Numbered from the stretch's first letter, positions 19,014-28,189 are shown. The stretch: DNA of 63,968 nucleotides from a virus (IMGVR_UViG_3300037420_001231:1-63968), one strand, 5' to 3'. Made by a program: numbers and translations. Notes: a model not told the origin generated them from the letters alone.

Positions 19014-19298
19014 CTAGTTGGTGATGGCGGCGAGGGCGCGCCGCCAAGTGGTGCGGCCGATGAGCCGCCAGCCCTTCCCCGCCACGGTTTCAATCTCGAC
19101 TCCGTGGGCGGAAACTTTGGAGCGGAGGCGGCGCATGAGGACGCTAACCGAGCCCTCAGTGACGCCAGCCTTGCCGCTGATGACGGTGCGCGAGAGGGTG
19201 TCATCCGTCAGGAGGGCGCCGAAAACGGCCGCCTCACCGGATGTTAGGTTCCACGCCGGGGGTGTTCCCGTTGCATCGTTGGCGCGAAGGTGAGACAC
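19014..19298 (-). CDS. Winged-helix regulator (Trans_reg_C-like), in the Cro position
   Basis: SV.V...RLR.K......IETV.G.GW motif; divergent from repressor. Confidence 0.75.
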   Translation of the reverse strand: MSHLRANDATGTPPAWNLTSGEAAVFGALLTDDTLSRTVISGKAGVTEGSVSVLMRRLRSKVSAHGVEIETVAGKGWRLIGRTTWRRALAAITN

Positions 19299-19319
19299 TA
19301 ATACCCCTCAATTTGATGC

Positions 19320-19440
19320 AAGTTTCCCGTTTACACCCGGAAAAAAACCGGATATGGGCGGGAACTTGGCCAACGGACATCCGTTGTGCTCCGATTAACA
19401 ATGAGTAACGGATGCAACGGATAGCGTCAACGGATGAAAA
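19320..19440. promoter_or_regulatory. Divergent immunity control region
   Basis: Clustered AACGGA/TCCGTT sites; TTTACA-CCCGGAAAAAAACCGGA-TATGGG. Confidence 0.65.
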
Positions 19441-19455
19441 TGGGGGCTTGTTGAA

Positions 19456-20109
19456 ATGGATGTGGATAAGTTGAGGGAACGGCTGAAATCGCGCTTGCGA
19501 GAATTAGGAATCAGCGCGCGCGAGGCGAGCCGCCGTGCGGGCTTCAATGTCGGCTATGTCGGGGACATTTTGGACGGCCGAAGCAAGACTCCCGACGCGG
19601 ACCGAATCCTAAAATTGGCCGATTCGCTGGACATGGACGCCGCGGACCTCTTGGGTGATTCGCGCCCCGATTTGATGCGCACCGGCGAGGCCATGCCGTT
19701 TGGTGAAGAGCGCCGCTCGGGCGGGCGCATGCTTCCGCTCTATGCCGCGCCGCTTCCCATCAACCGCCAGTTCGTTCCCTTCGGAGCCCAGCCCGCGGGG
19801 CGCGTCCCGTGCGTGTTCATGCTGCTCGACGTGCCGGAGGCGTTTGCCGCCACTGTCCCCAACAACGCCAGCGCTCCGCGCTTCTTCGCCGGGGAAATCA
19901 TCTATGTGAATCCGGCTGCGACTCCGGCGCCGGGCAACTTCGTGTGGGTGCGGCGCAAGGACGAATCGGTTGGCATCGGCCGACTCACGGACATGGGCGC
20001 CGAGTCGTTCCGGCTTGAGTTTTTGGGCTTGGAGGGTGCCGAGCGGACCGCGGACGTGCCCTTTGATGACGTGCGCGCCATCAAGAAAATTGAGGCCGTC
20101 GCCTTCTAG
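19456..20109 (+). CDS. CI-like repressor (HTH plus degenerate S24 domain)
   Basis: N-terminal XRE HTH; C-terminal P.F..GE...V.P...P..G..V S24-like pattern. Confidence 0.8.
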   Translation: MDVDKLRERLKSRLRELGISAREASRRAGFNVGYVGDILDGRSKTPDADRILKLADSLDMDAADLLGDSRPDLMRTGEAMPFGEERRSGGRMLPLYAAPLPINRQFVPFGAQPAGRVPCVFMLLDVPEAFAATVPNNASAPRFFAGEIIYVNPAATPAPGNFVWVRRKDESVGIGRLTDMGAESFRLEFLGLEGAERTADVPFDDVRAIKKIEAVAF

Positions 20110-20209
20110 TAATCCACAGGAAACGGACAGCAACGGACATCATCCGTTGACAAGCTAACGGACCATCCGTTAGGGGGCGTGAACCAACCACGCACCCACG
20201 GAGCGGTCC

Positions 20210-21322
20210 TTGCACATTTCCGTCACCCAAAAGTTCCTCGCGGCCGCTCTTGAGCGGGGTGCCGCGGTGGCGCCGAGGAAGAGCGCCATCCAAATCCTCA
20301 GCCACGTCCGCCTTCGCGCCGGTTCGGATGGCTTGCTGGCGGTCGCAACCACGGACCTTGACCGCTTCGCGGAGGCCGATTGCGAGGCCAACGTCTTTGA
20401 GGCTGGCGCGGTCACGGTCCCGGCCCCGGCCTTCACCACTCTTATCAGCAAGCACCCCAAGGACGGTGAGATTGACCTCAAGCTTGAGGGCAATTCGCTC
20501 ATCGTCCGGTGCGGCCGCTCCAAGGTCAAGCTTCCGACGCTCCCGGCCGGGGACTTTCCCAAATGGACGGACGAAGCGCCGGTGGCTCAGTTCGTCCTTG
20601 GCGGCGAAACCTTTGACCGCGGCTTCAACCGCGTCCGCTTCGCCGCGGCCACGCCGGACTCGGTCAATTGGTATTTGCAGGGCGTTTGCATTGACGCGGA
20701 CACCGGCGCCGACACGCTGAGGCTCGCGGCCACGGACGGCCACCGGCTCGCGGTGTGCGCGCTTCCGCTCCCGGAGGGCGCCGACGCCGCCCCCCGCGCC
20801 ATCGTGCCGAGCGAAGCCGTGGACACCGCGCTTCGCATCTTCAAGGGCGCTGGCGAGGTCATCATCGGCCTCACGGAGCGCGCCGCCAGCTTCTCAGCCG
20901 ATGGCCTCCGCCTTTCGTGCAAGCTGATTGACGGGGAGTTCCCCGATTATCAGCGCATCATCCCCGAGCGCGGCGCCCCGGCCATTGCCTTCAAGCGCAC
21001 GGACTTCGTGGACTGCCTTGACCGCGCCAACGTCCTTGCGGGCGAGGGCGCCCACTACGTCATCATTGCCGAGCCGGATGGCAACACGCTCCGGCTCCGC
21101 TCCAACAACCAATCCGGCGGCGAGGCTGAGGAAGAACTCGCAGCGGACATCCACCCGGAGTTCAAGCGCTTCGGCTTCAACCCCCGCTATGCCGCTCAAT
21201 TCCTGAGCACCTTGGCGGTGGACGAACTCACGGTGGAGCAAACGGACCCCAACGGGCCGTGCCTCTTCCACTCTCCCAACGCTCCCGACTTCACCGGCGT
21301 CCTCATGCCGGTGCGCGTCTGA
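20210..21322 (+). CDS. dnaN: DNA polymerase III beta sliding clamp
   Basis: 370 aa; ATTDLD, LP..DFP, YLQGV, ATDGHRLA, KLIDGEFPDYQRIIP, FNPRY, VLMPVRV. Confidence 0.93.
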   Translation: MHISVTQKFLAAALERGAAVAPRKSAIQILSHVRLRAGSDGLLAVATTDLDRFAEADCEANVFEAGAVTVPAPAFTTLISKHPKDGEIDLKLEGNSLIVRCGRSKVKLPTLPAGDFPKWTDEAPVAQFVLGGETFDRGFNRVRFAAATPDSVNWYLQGVCIDADTGADTLRLAATDGHRLAVCALPLPEGADAAPRAIVPSEAVDTALRIFKGAGEVIIGLTERAASFSADGLRLSCKLIDGEFPDYQRIIPERGAPAIAFKRTDFVDCLDRANVLAGEGAHYVIIAEPDGNTLRLRSNNQSGGEAEEELAADIHPEFKRFGFNPRYAAQFLSTLAVDELTVEQTDPNGPCLFHSPNAPDFTGVLMPVRV

Positions 21323-21341
21323 GCCCAACCAAGGAATCGCC

Positions 21342-21599
21342 ATGGACCTCTTCACCGTAGTTGAGGAAGGCATTGCCATCCTCCGCATGCCCAAGGGCGT
21401 GTTCAAGCAAACGAAGGTTTACCGCCGCGGCAACCGCTGTTTCGTGCCGCACGCCGGTGGCTTCATTCGCGTGTGCACCGCCTTCGACGGCCGCTTTTCC
21501 ACGAGCCACCCGGACATCAAGGTGGACGCCATTGAGGCGCCCGGGCTGGAAACCAAGGGCGAGCCCGCTTTTGCGGCCAGCCTCAAGGCGGTGGCGTAA
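21342..21599 (+). CDS. Hypothetical protein
   Basis: RBS AAGGA; GVFKQ.KVY.R motif. Confidence 0.65.
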   Translation: MDLFTVVEEGIAILRMPKGVFKQTKVYRRGNRCFVPHAGGFIRVCTAFDGRFSTSHPDIKVDAIEAPGLETKGEPAFAASLKAVA

Positions 21600-21600
21600 C

Positions 21601-21783
21601 ATGGCGCGCTTCTTCTATCGCCTCTTGCTGGCGTTCTTCATCGGCATCCCCGTCACGCTCATCCTCTTGCTCATGGGCGTGCCGGTGAGCGGCGCCGGGC
21701 TCTATGCCGGGCTCTTCGGCGGCGTTGCGCTCAGCTACGCGCCGGATGTGTTCGCGGCGGGCATTTTGAGGCTCGCGCGCTGA
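21601..21783 (+). CDS. Small membrane protein
   Basis: Two hydrophobic segments; coupled. Confidence 0.55.
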   Translation: MARFFYRLLLAFFIGIPVTLILLLMGVPVSGAGLYAGLFGGVALSYAPDVFAAGILRLAR

Positions 21784-22253
21784 TGCGTCACGCTCCGCCG
21801 CCGCGGCCCTCCAAAATCACTATCCCGGAGCGGTGTGACCCACGCGCCAAGGTGGTGTTCGCGGAAATGCGGCGGCAGGGCGTCACCTATGATGAGTTGG
21901 AGCACCGTTCCGGCGTGCTCCGCTCCACCTTCAAGGCGTGGCGCACCAACAACAAGCCCGGGCTCGACACCATTGAGGCCGCGCTTGGCGCGCTCGGATG
22001 GTCGCTTCTCCCGGTCCCCAACACCTCCGAACTCCCGCCCACCGTCCGCGAGGGGCTGAAAGCCCTCTCCGCTCAGTGGGAGGACGAAAACGCGCTCCTA
22101 TGCGGCTTGCTGGCCAGCGTGTGCCGGACGGCTGTTGCGGCGCCCCAAGCGCCCCCGGCCGCACCCGCGCCCACCATCCTCCCGGCCCGGCGCAAGCCGC
22201 GCGCCTTCAACCCCAACCAAATCACGCTCTTCGGAGAAGCCTCTCCATGTTGA
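21783..22253 (+). CDS. HTH transcriptional regulator
   Basis: TYDELEHRSGV.RST...W....P.L.T.EA.L.ALG. Confidence 0.7.
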   Translation: MRHAPPPRPSKITIPERCDPRAKVVFAEMRRQGVTYDELEHRSGVLRSTFKAWRTNNKPGLDTIEAALGALGWSLLPVPNTSELPPTVREGLKALSAQWEDENALLCGLLASVCRTAVAAPQAPPAAPAPTILPARRKPRAFNPNQITLFGEASPC

Positions 22254-22864
22254 TTGTTCCCGAAATTGAAACGGTGGTGTTGCTCGTGCCGCGCACCGGG
22301 TCCGGCTCGCTCAAGCGCGCCGTGTTGGACCGCTACCCGGAGGCCATGGCGCTTTATCGGCACATGGAGGCCGATGGTGTCCCGGCCGGTTATGACCGCT
22401 GGCGCCGGGTGGGTGTGTGCCGCCACCCGGTGGACCGGCTTTGGTCCCTCTTCAAGTTCATCCGGGACCGCGATGGTGGCTCCTATTCCCGGTGGCCGGA
22501 CTTGTGGCGGCGCCTCCAAGCCACCGTCAACATGTCGTTCTCCGATTGGATTCTCACCAACGAAACGGTGTTTTCCAACGGCCACGATAGCGCGGAAGGC
22601 CGCGGCTACTGGCCCCACTATGCGGTCAACCACTCCGTCCCGGAGAACCGCAAATCTCAATTCCTCTATCTCCGGCCGGACCTTGGCACGCACATCACGC
22701 GGTTTGAGGACCGGGATGACCTTGCGGCCGCGCTGGACATTCAACTCCCGCGGCTGAACGCCACGGAGCCGAGCCCGGCGCCCGAACTCACGCCGGAAGC
22801 CAAGGCGCACATGGAATCCTTCTTTGCGTGGGATTTCAGCTTCGGCGGCTGGGGGCCAGCATGA
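22247..22864 (+). CDS. Sulfotransferase family 2 protein
   Basis: 5'-PSB-like VPRTGSGSL, 3'-PB-like RHPVDRLWSLF, SQ..YL, RFED. Confidence 0.7.
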   Translation: MLIVPEIETVVLLVPRTGSGSLKRAVLDRYPEAMALYRHMEADGVPAGYDRWRRVGVCRHPVDRLWSLFKFIRDRDGGSYSRWPDLWRRLQATVNMSFSDWILTNETVFSNGHDSAEGRGYWPHYAVNHSVPENRKSQFLYLRPDLGTHITRFEDRDDLAAALDIQLPRLNATEPSPAPELTPEAKAHMESFFAWDFSFGGWGPA

Positions 22865-23043
22865 GGATTGAGGCCGCCCACGTCATGAAGGACGCCGCGC
22901 GCCGCACCGGGCGCACCGGCCTTCCGCTCACCGCCAAGCCGACGCCGGACCTCCGCATCTGTCCCTCATGCCGGGGGCGCACGGTGGACCGCTACGGCTT
23001 CGATTGCACCACATGTTTTGGAGAGGGAACCGTCAATGAGTGA
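22861..23043 (+). CDS. Small Zn-finger protein
   Basis: CPSC.G...CTTC.GEG. Confidence 0.55.
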   Translation: MRIEAAHVMKDAARRTGRTGLPLTAKPTPDLRICPSCRGRTVDRYGFDCTTCFGEGTVNE

Positions 23044-23254
23044 GGCCCCACTCACGCCGCCAGCGGCCAAGCTGGCCTATTCCGTCAAGGAGGTCGCCGC
23101 GCTCACGCCCTTTGGCGAGCGCACCATCTACCGCGAAATTGCGGAGAAGCGGCTCGTGTCGCGCAAGCGCGGCTCTTCCACCTTCATCCTCCACGAGGAC
23201 CTTATGGCGTGGCTCAACGGCGCGCCGATTGCGAACGGGGAGTCCGTCCAGTGA
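23036..23254 (+). CDS. Excisionase / AlpA-like HTH protein
   Basis: AYSVKEVA......RTIYREI....L..RK.G..T.I...DL..W. Confidence 0.75.
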   Translation: MSEAPLTPPAAKLAYSVKEVAALTPFGERTIYREIAEKRLVSRKRGSSTFILHEDLMAWLNGAPIANGESVQ

Positions 23255-23742
23255 ATTGCACCACCAACGTCCGGGAGGCCGCCAAGGCCCTCCGCGCGGC
23301 CCAGCGCGCTTATATGGCCAATCGCGGGAGCGAGGCGCACGGCAAGGCCGTGGCGGTCGCCGCTGAGGCGCTGGACGTGGCCCTTGCGGCCACTGAGCCC
23401 GCGGTGGATGACGTGAACAAGGCCGCCTCCGCGTTTGCCGACGCCACCGGCTATTATTTGGGCAAGGGCCAGCTTCATGCGGGCCTTTCCAGCCCCAGCG
23501 CGGATAACATCCGCAACGGCATCCGCGAGGCGTTCGCTGCGGTCAACTTCCCGGCGCTCAAGGCCGCCGGGCTCCGGCTCTACATGGCCGGGAAGTGGTC
23601 ATGCTCGCGCCCGGTCAATGAGGCCCAGCTTTGGGAGGATTTCCGCGATGCGCTGAGGCTCAAGCCCGGCACCGCGACCAAGGCGGGCATCCACGATGAT
23701 GAGCCGGGGCTCCCGTTTGACCGCCCGGGAGCCGACTTGTGA
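23251..23742 (+). CDS. Hypothetical protein
   Basis: GTGA coupling, RBS GGAG. Confidence 0.6.
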   Translation: MNCTTNVREAAKALRAAQRAYMANRGSEAHGKAVAVAAEALDVALAATEPAVDDVNKAASAFADATGYYLGKGQLHAGLSSPSADNIRNGIREAFAAVNFPALKAAGLRLYMAGKWSCSRPVNEAQLWEDFRDALRLKPGTATKAGIHDDEPGLPFDRPGADL

Positions 23743-23963
23743 GCGCGCTCCGGGCCTTCGCCGTCGCCGCCGCCGTTGCGGCCACCTCGCCAAGCCCGAG
23801 CGGCCGCGCTGGACGCCCCGGCATCGTTGTGCGCGGCACCGCGCACAATTGCCCCCGGTGCGATGACGCGATGGAGTGCGATTGCGCGTCCACCATTGCC
23901 GTTGGCCCGCTCGCGCCTCCGGGCATGGCGCCGCTCTATGCGCTCTTGGACGGCCGCGCATGA
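23739..23963 (+). CDS. Hypothetical protein
   Basis: Coupled ORF. Confidence 0.5.
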   Translation: MSALRAFAVAAAVAATSPSPSGRAGRPGIVVRGTAHNCPRCDDAMECDCASTIAVGPLAPPGMAPLYALLDGRA

Positions 23964-24133
23964 GCCACGAGCCCACCCTCGCAACGCGGGCGTGGAACAT
24001 CGCCAAAGCGCACATCCCCTATTTTGAAACGCTCCACGCGCCCGCGCGCAACGCCATCCTCTCAGCCGTCACTGAGGCGCTGAGGACCCCCGCCCCGAAG
24101 GAACCCGCCACCCTATGCTCCGCATCGTCCTAG
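23960..24133 (+). CDS. Small hypothetical protein
   Basis: ATGA coupling. Confidence 0.5.
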   Translation: MSHEPTLATRAWNIAKAHIPYFETLHAPARNAILSAVTEALRTPAPKEPATLCSASS

Positions 24134-24312
24134 CCGTGCTCATCTTGGTGAGCGTCATCCACATCCTCGAAGGGTGCACGGTCAACATCAACATCCCGCC
24201 GGTCCCGGCGCCGCGGCCGGTCGCGGCCAAGGCGCCACCACCCCCGGCCGCGGGCGAAAACCCGTGCGCCGTCATCAACTGCAACCGCGTCAACACGAAG
24301 GGAATCGCCTAA
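24115..24312 (+). CDS. Small putative lipoprotein
   Basis: Signal peptide with LEGC lipobox-like motif; Pro-rich. Confidence 0.5.
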   Translation: MLRIVLAVLILVSVIHILEGCTVNINIPPVPAPRPVAAKAPPPPAAGENPCAVINCNRVNTKGIA

Positions 24313-24851
24313 TGTTCAAATTCATCGCCAACATCTTCGCCGCCCAGCGCAACGCGGCCGCCCTCTTGGCCGCCATGGACGAACTCCACGCCGTGGAAGC
24401 GAAAACCAAGAGCATCATTTCGCACGCCACCGGCGGCGCGTTCTCGGACCTTGACGCTTCGCTCAACGACATTTGCGTGGAAATCTCCAAGAGCAAGAAT
24501 CACGTCTATCACGAGGCCCGCAAGATGGAGCGCGAAGCGCTCGCCGGGGACCTTCTCCACTCCATGCACGATGCCGAGCGCCGCGTGCTCGTCTTGCTCC
24601 ACGATGAGGTGGGCCGCAAGCTGGCGGACATTGCCGAAGAGGCGCGCCTCACCGTGGATGAGGTCCGCATCATCGCTAAGGGCTTCGTCATCAAGGGGCT
24701 GGCCTATTTCTGTCCGCTTTTCGACATGGACAGCGGCACACCCAAGGGCTCGGGCTACCTCCTTTCGCCGGAGGGCAACGAACTCAAGGCGCGCCAGTTG
24801 GCCGCCAACGTGGCCGACTCCGCGGCCAAGGCAAGGGCGCTGGCGGCATGA
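24312..24851 (+). CDS. Hypothetical protein with winged-helix-like C-terminus
   Basis: TAATG coupling; LADIAEEA.LT...V pattern. Confidence 0.6.
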   Translation: MFKFIANIFAAQRNAAALLAAMDELHAVEAKTKSIISHATGGAFSDLDASLNDICVEISKSKNHVYHEARKMEREALAGDLLHSMHDAERRVLVLLHDEVGRKLADIAEEARLTVDEVRIIAKGFVIKGLAYFCPLFDMDSGTPKGSGYLLSPEGNELKARQLAANVADSAAKARALAA

Positions 24852-25066
24852 GCGGCGCCGTTCCCTTGGACCCGCGCACCGGGCGCCCCAACGGTGACCA
24901 CGGCACGGCCGTGGACGCCTTGGACTTCATCTTGGACCACGCCGATTGCTCGACAGAGGTGGACACCTTCCTCCGTGCTTGGCGCGAGGGCGACCTTGAT
25001 GAGTGGCCGGAGTTCTATTCGTGGCTCCGCGAGCGCGACGGTGGCCGGATGGCGGTGGCGGCATGA
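24848..25066 (+). CDS. Hypothetical protein
   Basis: Coupled; FLRAWREGD..EWPEF. Confidence 0.6.
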   Translation: MSGAVPLDPRTGRPNGDHGTAVDALDFILDHADCSTEVDTFLRAWREGDLDEWPEFYSWLRERDGGRMAVAA

Positions 25067-25245
25067 GCGCGCCCTATGGTTTCCGCTTCTACCGCTTCGG
25101 CACGGCCATGGTGTTGCTCACCATGCCGGTGACGCTTCCGGTGTTCATGCTCGCGGGCGCGCTCCTTGAGGCGTTCAACATTGCCGTGGACACGCTCCGC
25201 AACGTCCCGTTCGCGGTGCGCTATGTGGTGCGGGGGCGGCCGTGA
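25063..25245 (+). CDS. Small membrane protein
   Basis: Coupled, hydrophobic. Confidence 0.5.
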   Translation: MSAPYGFRFYRFGTAMVLLTMPVTLPVFMLAGALLEAFNIAVDTLRNVPFAVRYVVRGRP

Positions 25246-25706
25246 GCGCCGCCCAGCACGAGCACTTGCCGCCCACCGGCTACGTCCAAGCGCTCCCCGT
25301 GGTCGCCCACGGGGATGCGCCAGCGCCGGAGGGCGTGGACACCATGGCCCTCACCGGCCACCCGGCCATCGTCCGGGCGCTCAACCTCATCCGGGAGGAT
25401 AACGGCGGGCCGTCATGGCCGCCGGAATCATCGCCCCTCATCGCCAAAGCGTGGGAGCCGCACCTTGCGGCCATTGAGGCCGCCATCGGCTCGCTCAGCG
25501 ATACCCACCCGCCAAGCGAGGACCCGGAAGCGTGCGAGCGTTTCAACGCCGGTGAGCGGTCCTATTTGGACTCCGAACTCTATACGTTTTGCAACGGCGA
25601 AAGCACGGTGGTGGCGGCGATGGCCGCGCACTCCGAAGGACTCCGGCTCGCCAACGCCTTCCTCAATGACTTCTTTGAGGGTTGGGCCATGGGAGTCCCG
25701 GCATGA
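25242..25706 (+). CDS. Hypothetical protein
   Basis: Coupled ORF. Confidence 0.6.
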   Translation: MSAAQHEHLPPTGYVQALPVVAHGDAPAPEGVDTMALTGHPAIVRALNLIREDNGGPSWPPESSPLIAKAWEPHLAAIEAAIGSLSDTHPPSEDPEACERFNAGERSYLDSELYTFCNGESTVVAAMAAHSEGLRLANAFLNDFFEGWAMGVPA

Positions 25707-26017
25707 GCGGCGGCGACTTTCACCGCCGCGCATTTTGCGCGTGCGGCTGGCATGCCGAATGTTCTTTCGGCAAGCTGGCACACCTCAGCTATCGCGGCTC
25801 CTTCATTCAAGTTTGCCCGGATTGCGGAGCCCCAAAAAGCGAAATGACGGTCCGCACCGCGCGCTGGCATGATGGCGCTTGGCGCGACCGTGACGGGAAT
25901 CCGTTCGACTTGCGCACCGCTCCGCCGACACCGCCGAGGCCCTGCTATTGGTGCGGGCTCGTGGTCATCAAGCTCTTGGTGCTCGCGGTCATCTTTGCCG
26001 TGATGTGGTCCGCATGA
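25703..26017 (+). CDS. Zn-ribbon protein with C-terminal TM helix
   Basis: CACG...CPDCG, hydrophobic tail. Confidence 0.55.
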   Translation: MSGGDFHRRAFCACGWHAECSFGKLAHLSYRGSFIQVCPDCGAPKSEMTVRTARWHDGAWRDRDGNPFDLRTAPPTPPRPCYWCGLVVIKLLVLAVIFAVMWSA

Positions 26018-26220
26018 GCGGTTATGCCTCCGCTGGCGGCTTCGCCATGCCGTGCGCCCCGGCGCGCCAGCCGGACCATTGCCGCGAGTGCGGCACGCCG
26101 CTTGATGAGGTGCCTTTCGGGCCGTGCTCCGCCCATGCGCTGGCGGCGCTTTCGGAAGAGTGGCCGCCCCAACTCACCATGGATGAGCGCGACTTCGCGC
26201 CGCCGGAGGTGCACGAGTGA
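26014..26220 (+). CDS. Small Cys-containing protein
   Basis: Coupled; CRECG. Confidence 0.5.
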   Translation: MSGYASAGGFAMPCAPARQPDHCRECGTPLDEVPFGPCSAHALAALSEEWPPQLTMDERDFAPPEVHE

Positions 26221-26483
26221 CCCCCGACACCATCAACGGAGCCTTTGAGGCCACTGGCGCCGCCATGCTCGCGCTCAACGTGCGGCGCGTGTGGCGGGAC
26301 CGGACGGTGGCCGGGGTCCACTTGGCGCCCACCGCGTTCTTCACGGCGTGGGGCCTCTGGAATCTCTTCTATTACCCCTCGCTTGGCCAGTGGGCCAGCT
26401 TCGCGGGCGGATGCGCCATCGTCATCATGAACGCGGTGTGGCTCGTGTCCGCGTTCTTCGTGAGTTGGGAAAACGCATTGTGA
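26217..26483 (+). CDS. Three-TM membrane protein (PQ-loop/SemiSWEET-like)
   Basis: D..NG.FE, RD..V.GV, WG.WN..YY..L.QW.S. Confidence 0.6.
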   Translation: MTPDTINGAFEATGAAMLALNVRRVWRDRTVAGVHLAPTAFFTAWGLWNLFYYPSLGQWASFAGGCAIVIMNAVWLVSAFFVSWENAL

Positions 26484-26881
26484 CCCCCCGCGTTTACGTT
26501 GACGCCGCCAGCCACCCGTTCGGCCGGATGATGATGTGCCACATGGTGAGCCCGGACTTGGACGCGCTCCACGCCATGGCGGACCGCATCCGGGTCAAGC
26601 GCCGGTGGTTTCAGGACCCGCGGACCATGCCCAAGGTGTCATGCCCGCACTATGACATTTGCCAATCCAAGCGCGCGCTCGCGCTCACCGCTGGCGCGGT
26701 GGAGGTGGACCGCCACCAAATGGCGGCCATCGTCCGCATCACGAAGAACGTGTTTTTCGGCGCCGACGCCTATGACCCGCTTGGCCACCTTCGCAACCAC
26801 CCGCCGGAGGCGCGCGAACGTGTCGCGCGGTGGCTCGCCGGTGAGGGGTGGCCGGTTACGCTGAGGCTCCCGGCGCCATGA
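26480..26881 (+). CDS. DUF4031 domain protein
   Basis: VYVD...GRM.MCHM...LHAMA..I....WFQ...HYDI..SKR..A...GA. Confidence 0.8.
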   Translation: MTPRVYVDAASHPFGRMMMCHMVSPDLDALHAMADRIRVKRRWFQDPRTMPKVSCPHYDICQSKRALALTAGAVEVDRHQMAAIVRITKNVFFGADAYDPLGHLRNHPPEARERVARWLAGEGWPVTLRLPAP

Positions 26882-27255
26882 GCCGCGTCTTTGTATTCGG
26901 CTCCAATCTTGCCGGGCGCCATGGCAAGGGCGCGGCGCTCCACGCCATCAGGCATCACGGCGCCATCTATGGCGTAGGCGAGGGCCACATGGCTGCGCGC
27001 GGGTTAGCTGGTCCGCAGTCCTATGCCATCCCGACGAAGGACGCGAACCTCCGCACGTTGCCGCTGGACCAAATCCGGCTTCACGTCGAAAGCTTCCTTG
27101 AGCACGCCCGGATTTGCTCGGGCAATGAGTTTGAAGTGACAGCCGTGGGGTGCGGGCTCGCGGGCTACCGGCCGGAGGACATCGCGCCGTTCTTTGCCGA
27201 TGCGCCGCCCAACTGCATCCTCCCGGATGAGTTCAAGGCGGTGTTGAGGGTCTAG
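26878..27255 (+). CDS. A1S_2505-family protein (macrodomain-like)
   Basis: VFVFGSNLAGRHG.GAA, SYAIPT, VT.VGCGLAGY motifs. Confidence 0.75.
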   Translation: MSRVFVFGSNLAGRHGKGAALHAIRHHGAIYGVGEGHMAARGLAGPQSYAIPTKDANLRTLPLDQIRLHVESFLEHARICSGNEFEVTAVGCGLAGYRPEDIAPFFADAPPNCILPDEFKAVLRV

Positions 27256-27484
27256 ACCACTCCAAGCCCAGCCGCCGGGCACAATCGTTCCCAATGGGTG
27301 CCTCATCGGCCTCCGGCGCCGCGGGCCAATCGTCCGGGTGGATGGCCTCAAAATGGTTGAGGTTGAAGCGCACGATGCGGTGAGGCTGGCCCGGCTTTAG
27401 GTCGCGCTGGCAAATGACGCAAAAGTGGTCCGTTTTCGGCCGCGGCCGGAAGTCCGGGTCCATCCACTTCGTGCGGAGGGTCAC
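27233..27484 (-). CDS. Zn-binding hypothetical protein
   Basis: CVICQR...PIG.DCARR. Confidence 0.55.
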   Translation of the reverse strand: MTLRTKWMDPDFRPRPKTDHFCVICQRDLKPGQPHRIVRFNLNHFEAIHPDDWPAAPEADEAPIGNDCARRLGLEWSRPSTPP

Positions 27485-27855
27485 GCCGCATGCTCCCACG
27501 GCGCCGCATCCTCCGCCGTAGGGTTGCACCACGTTTCAGCCGGAGCAACCGCCTCATAGGGTGTGCCGTCCATTTTGAAGGCCCACTTGGTTCCTCTGGA
27601 CACCCATGTGTTGCGGATGTCGGCCTCCGTCATGGGCCGATAGAAGCCAATGGCGATGAGAAGGCGGCGGGCCTCGCGCAAGAGCGTCCGGTTGCCGTCC
27701 GCGCCTTCGTTGCGCTCTTCAATGTCAAAGAGGGCGAAAACGGGGTCATAGGCATATTCCCGGCCGTCAACTCCCCAAAGCTGGAACTCAAGTTCCTCGC
27801 GGAACGCCCGCGATGGCGTGGCCATCACGAGCGCGTTCATGGCGGCGCGGTCCAT
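27481..27855 (-). CDS. Hypothetical protein
   Basis: Coupled, RBS GGAGG. Confidence 0.6.
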   Translation of the reverse strand: MDRAAMNALVMATPSRAFREELEFQLWGVDGREYAYDPVFALFDIEERNEGADGNRTLLREARRLLIAIGFYRPMTEADIRNTWVSRGTKWAFKMDGTPYEAVAPAETWCNPTAEDAAPWEHAA

Positions 27856-28124
27856 CACACCCTCCCCAAGCAATGGCCGCACTTGCACGGCTGAGCGAAG
27901 CGAATCGCCTCCACCGCTTCCGCGACCGTCTCAAAGCCCTTGGAGTGGAGCGCCAACCGGCCCTCCGGGTCATCGCCTTTGTTCGCGGCCGCGTCCTCAA
28001 AGGCGAAGCCTCGCACGAGCGTCACGATTCGCACGCCGTCATCCGTCCCGGCCGAGTCATAGGCTTTCACTCGCGGGTTGCGGTCTAGCGTTTTGCTGGG
28101 GATGCCATATTCGCATTTGGTCAT
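27855..28124 (-). CDS. Hypothetical protein
   Basis: RBS GGGAG after hairpin motif; C-terminal PC.C..C. Confidence 0.65.
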   Translation of the reverse strand: MTKCEYGIPSKTLDRNPRVKAYDSAGTDDGVRIVTLVRGFAFEDAAANKGDDPEGRLALHSKGFETVAEAVEAIRFAQPCKCGHCLGRV

Positions 28125-28161
28125 TTCACTCTCCCATGTGGTGGGCCGGAGGCCCGGTGAA

Positions 28162-28182
28162 GGGGAGGGCCGAAGCCCTCCC
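28162..28182 (-). terminator. Stable hairpin with cUUCGg loop (weak U-tract)
   Basis: GGGAGGGC-TTCG-GCCCTCCC after the DUF1640-like gene. Confidence 0.45.
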
Positions 28183-28189
28183 GGATTGT

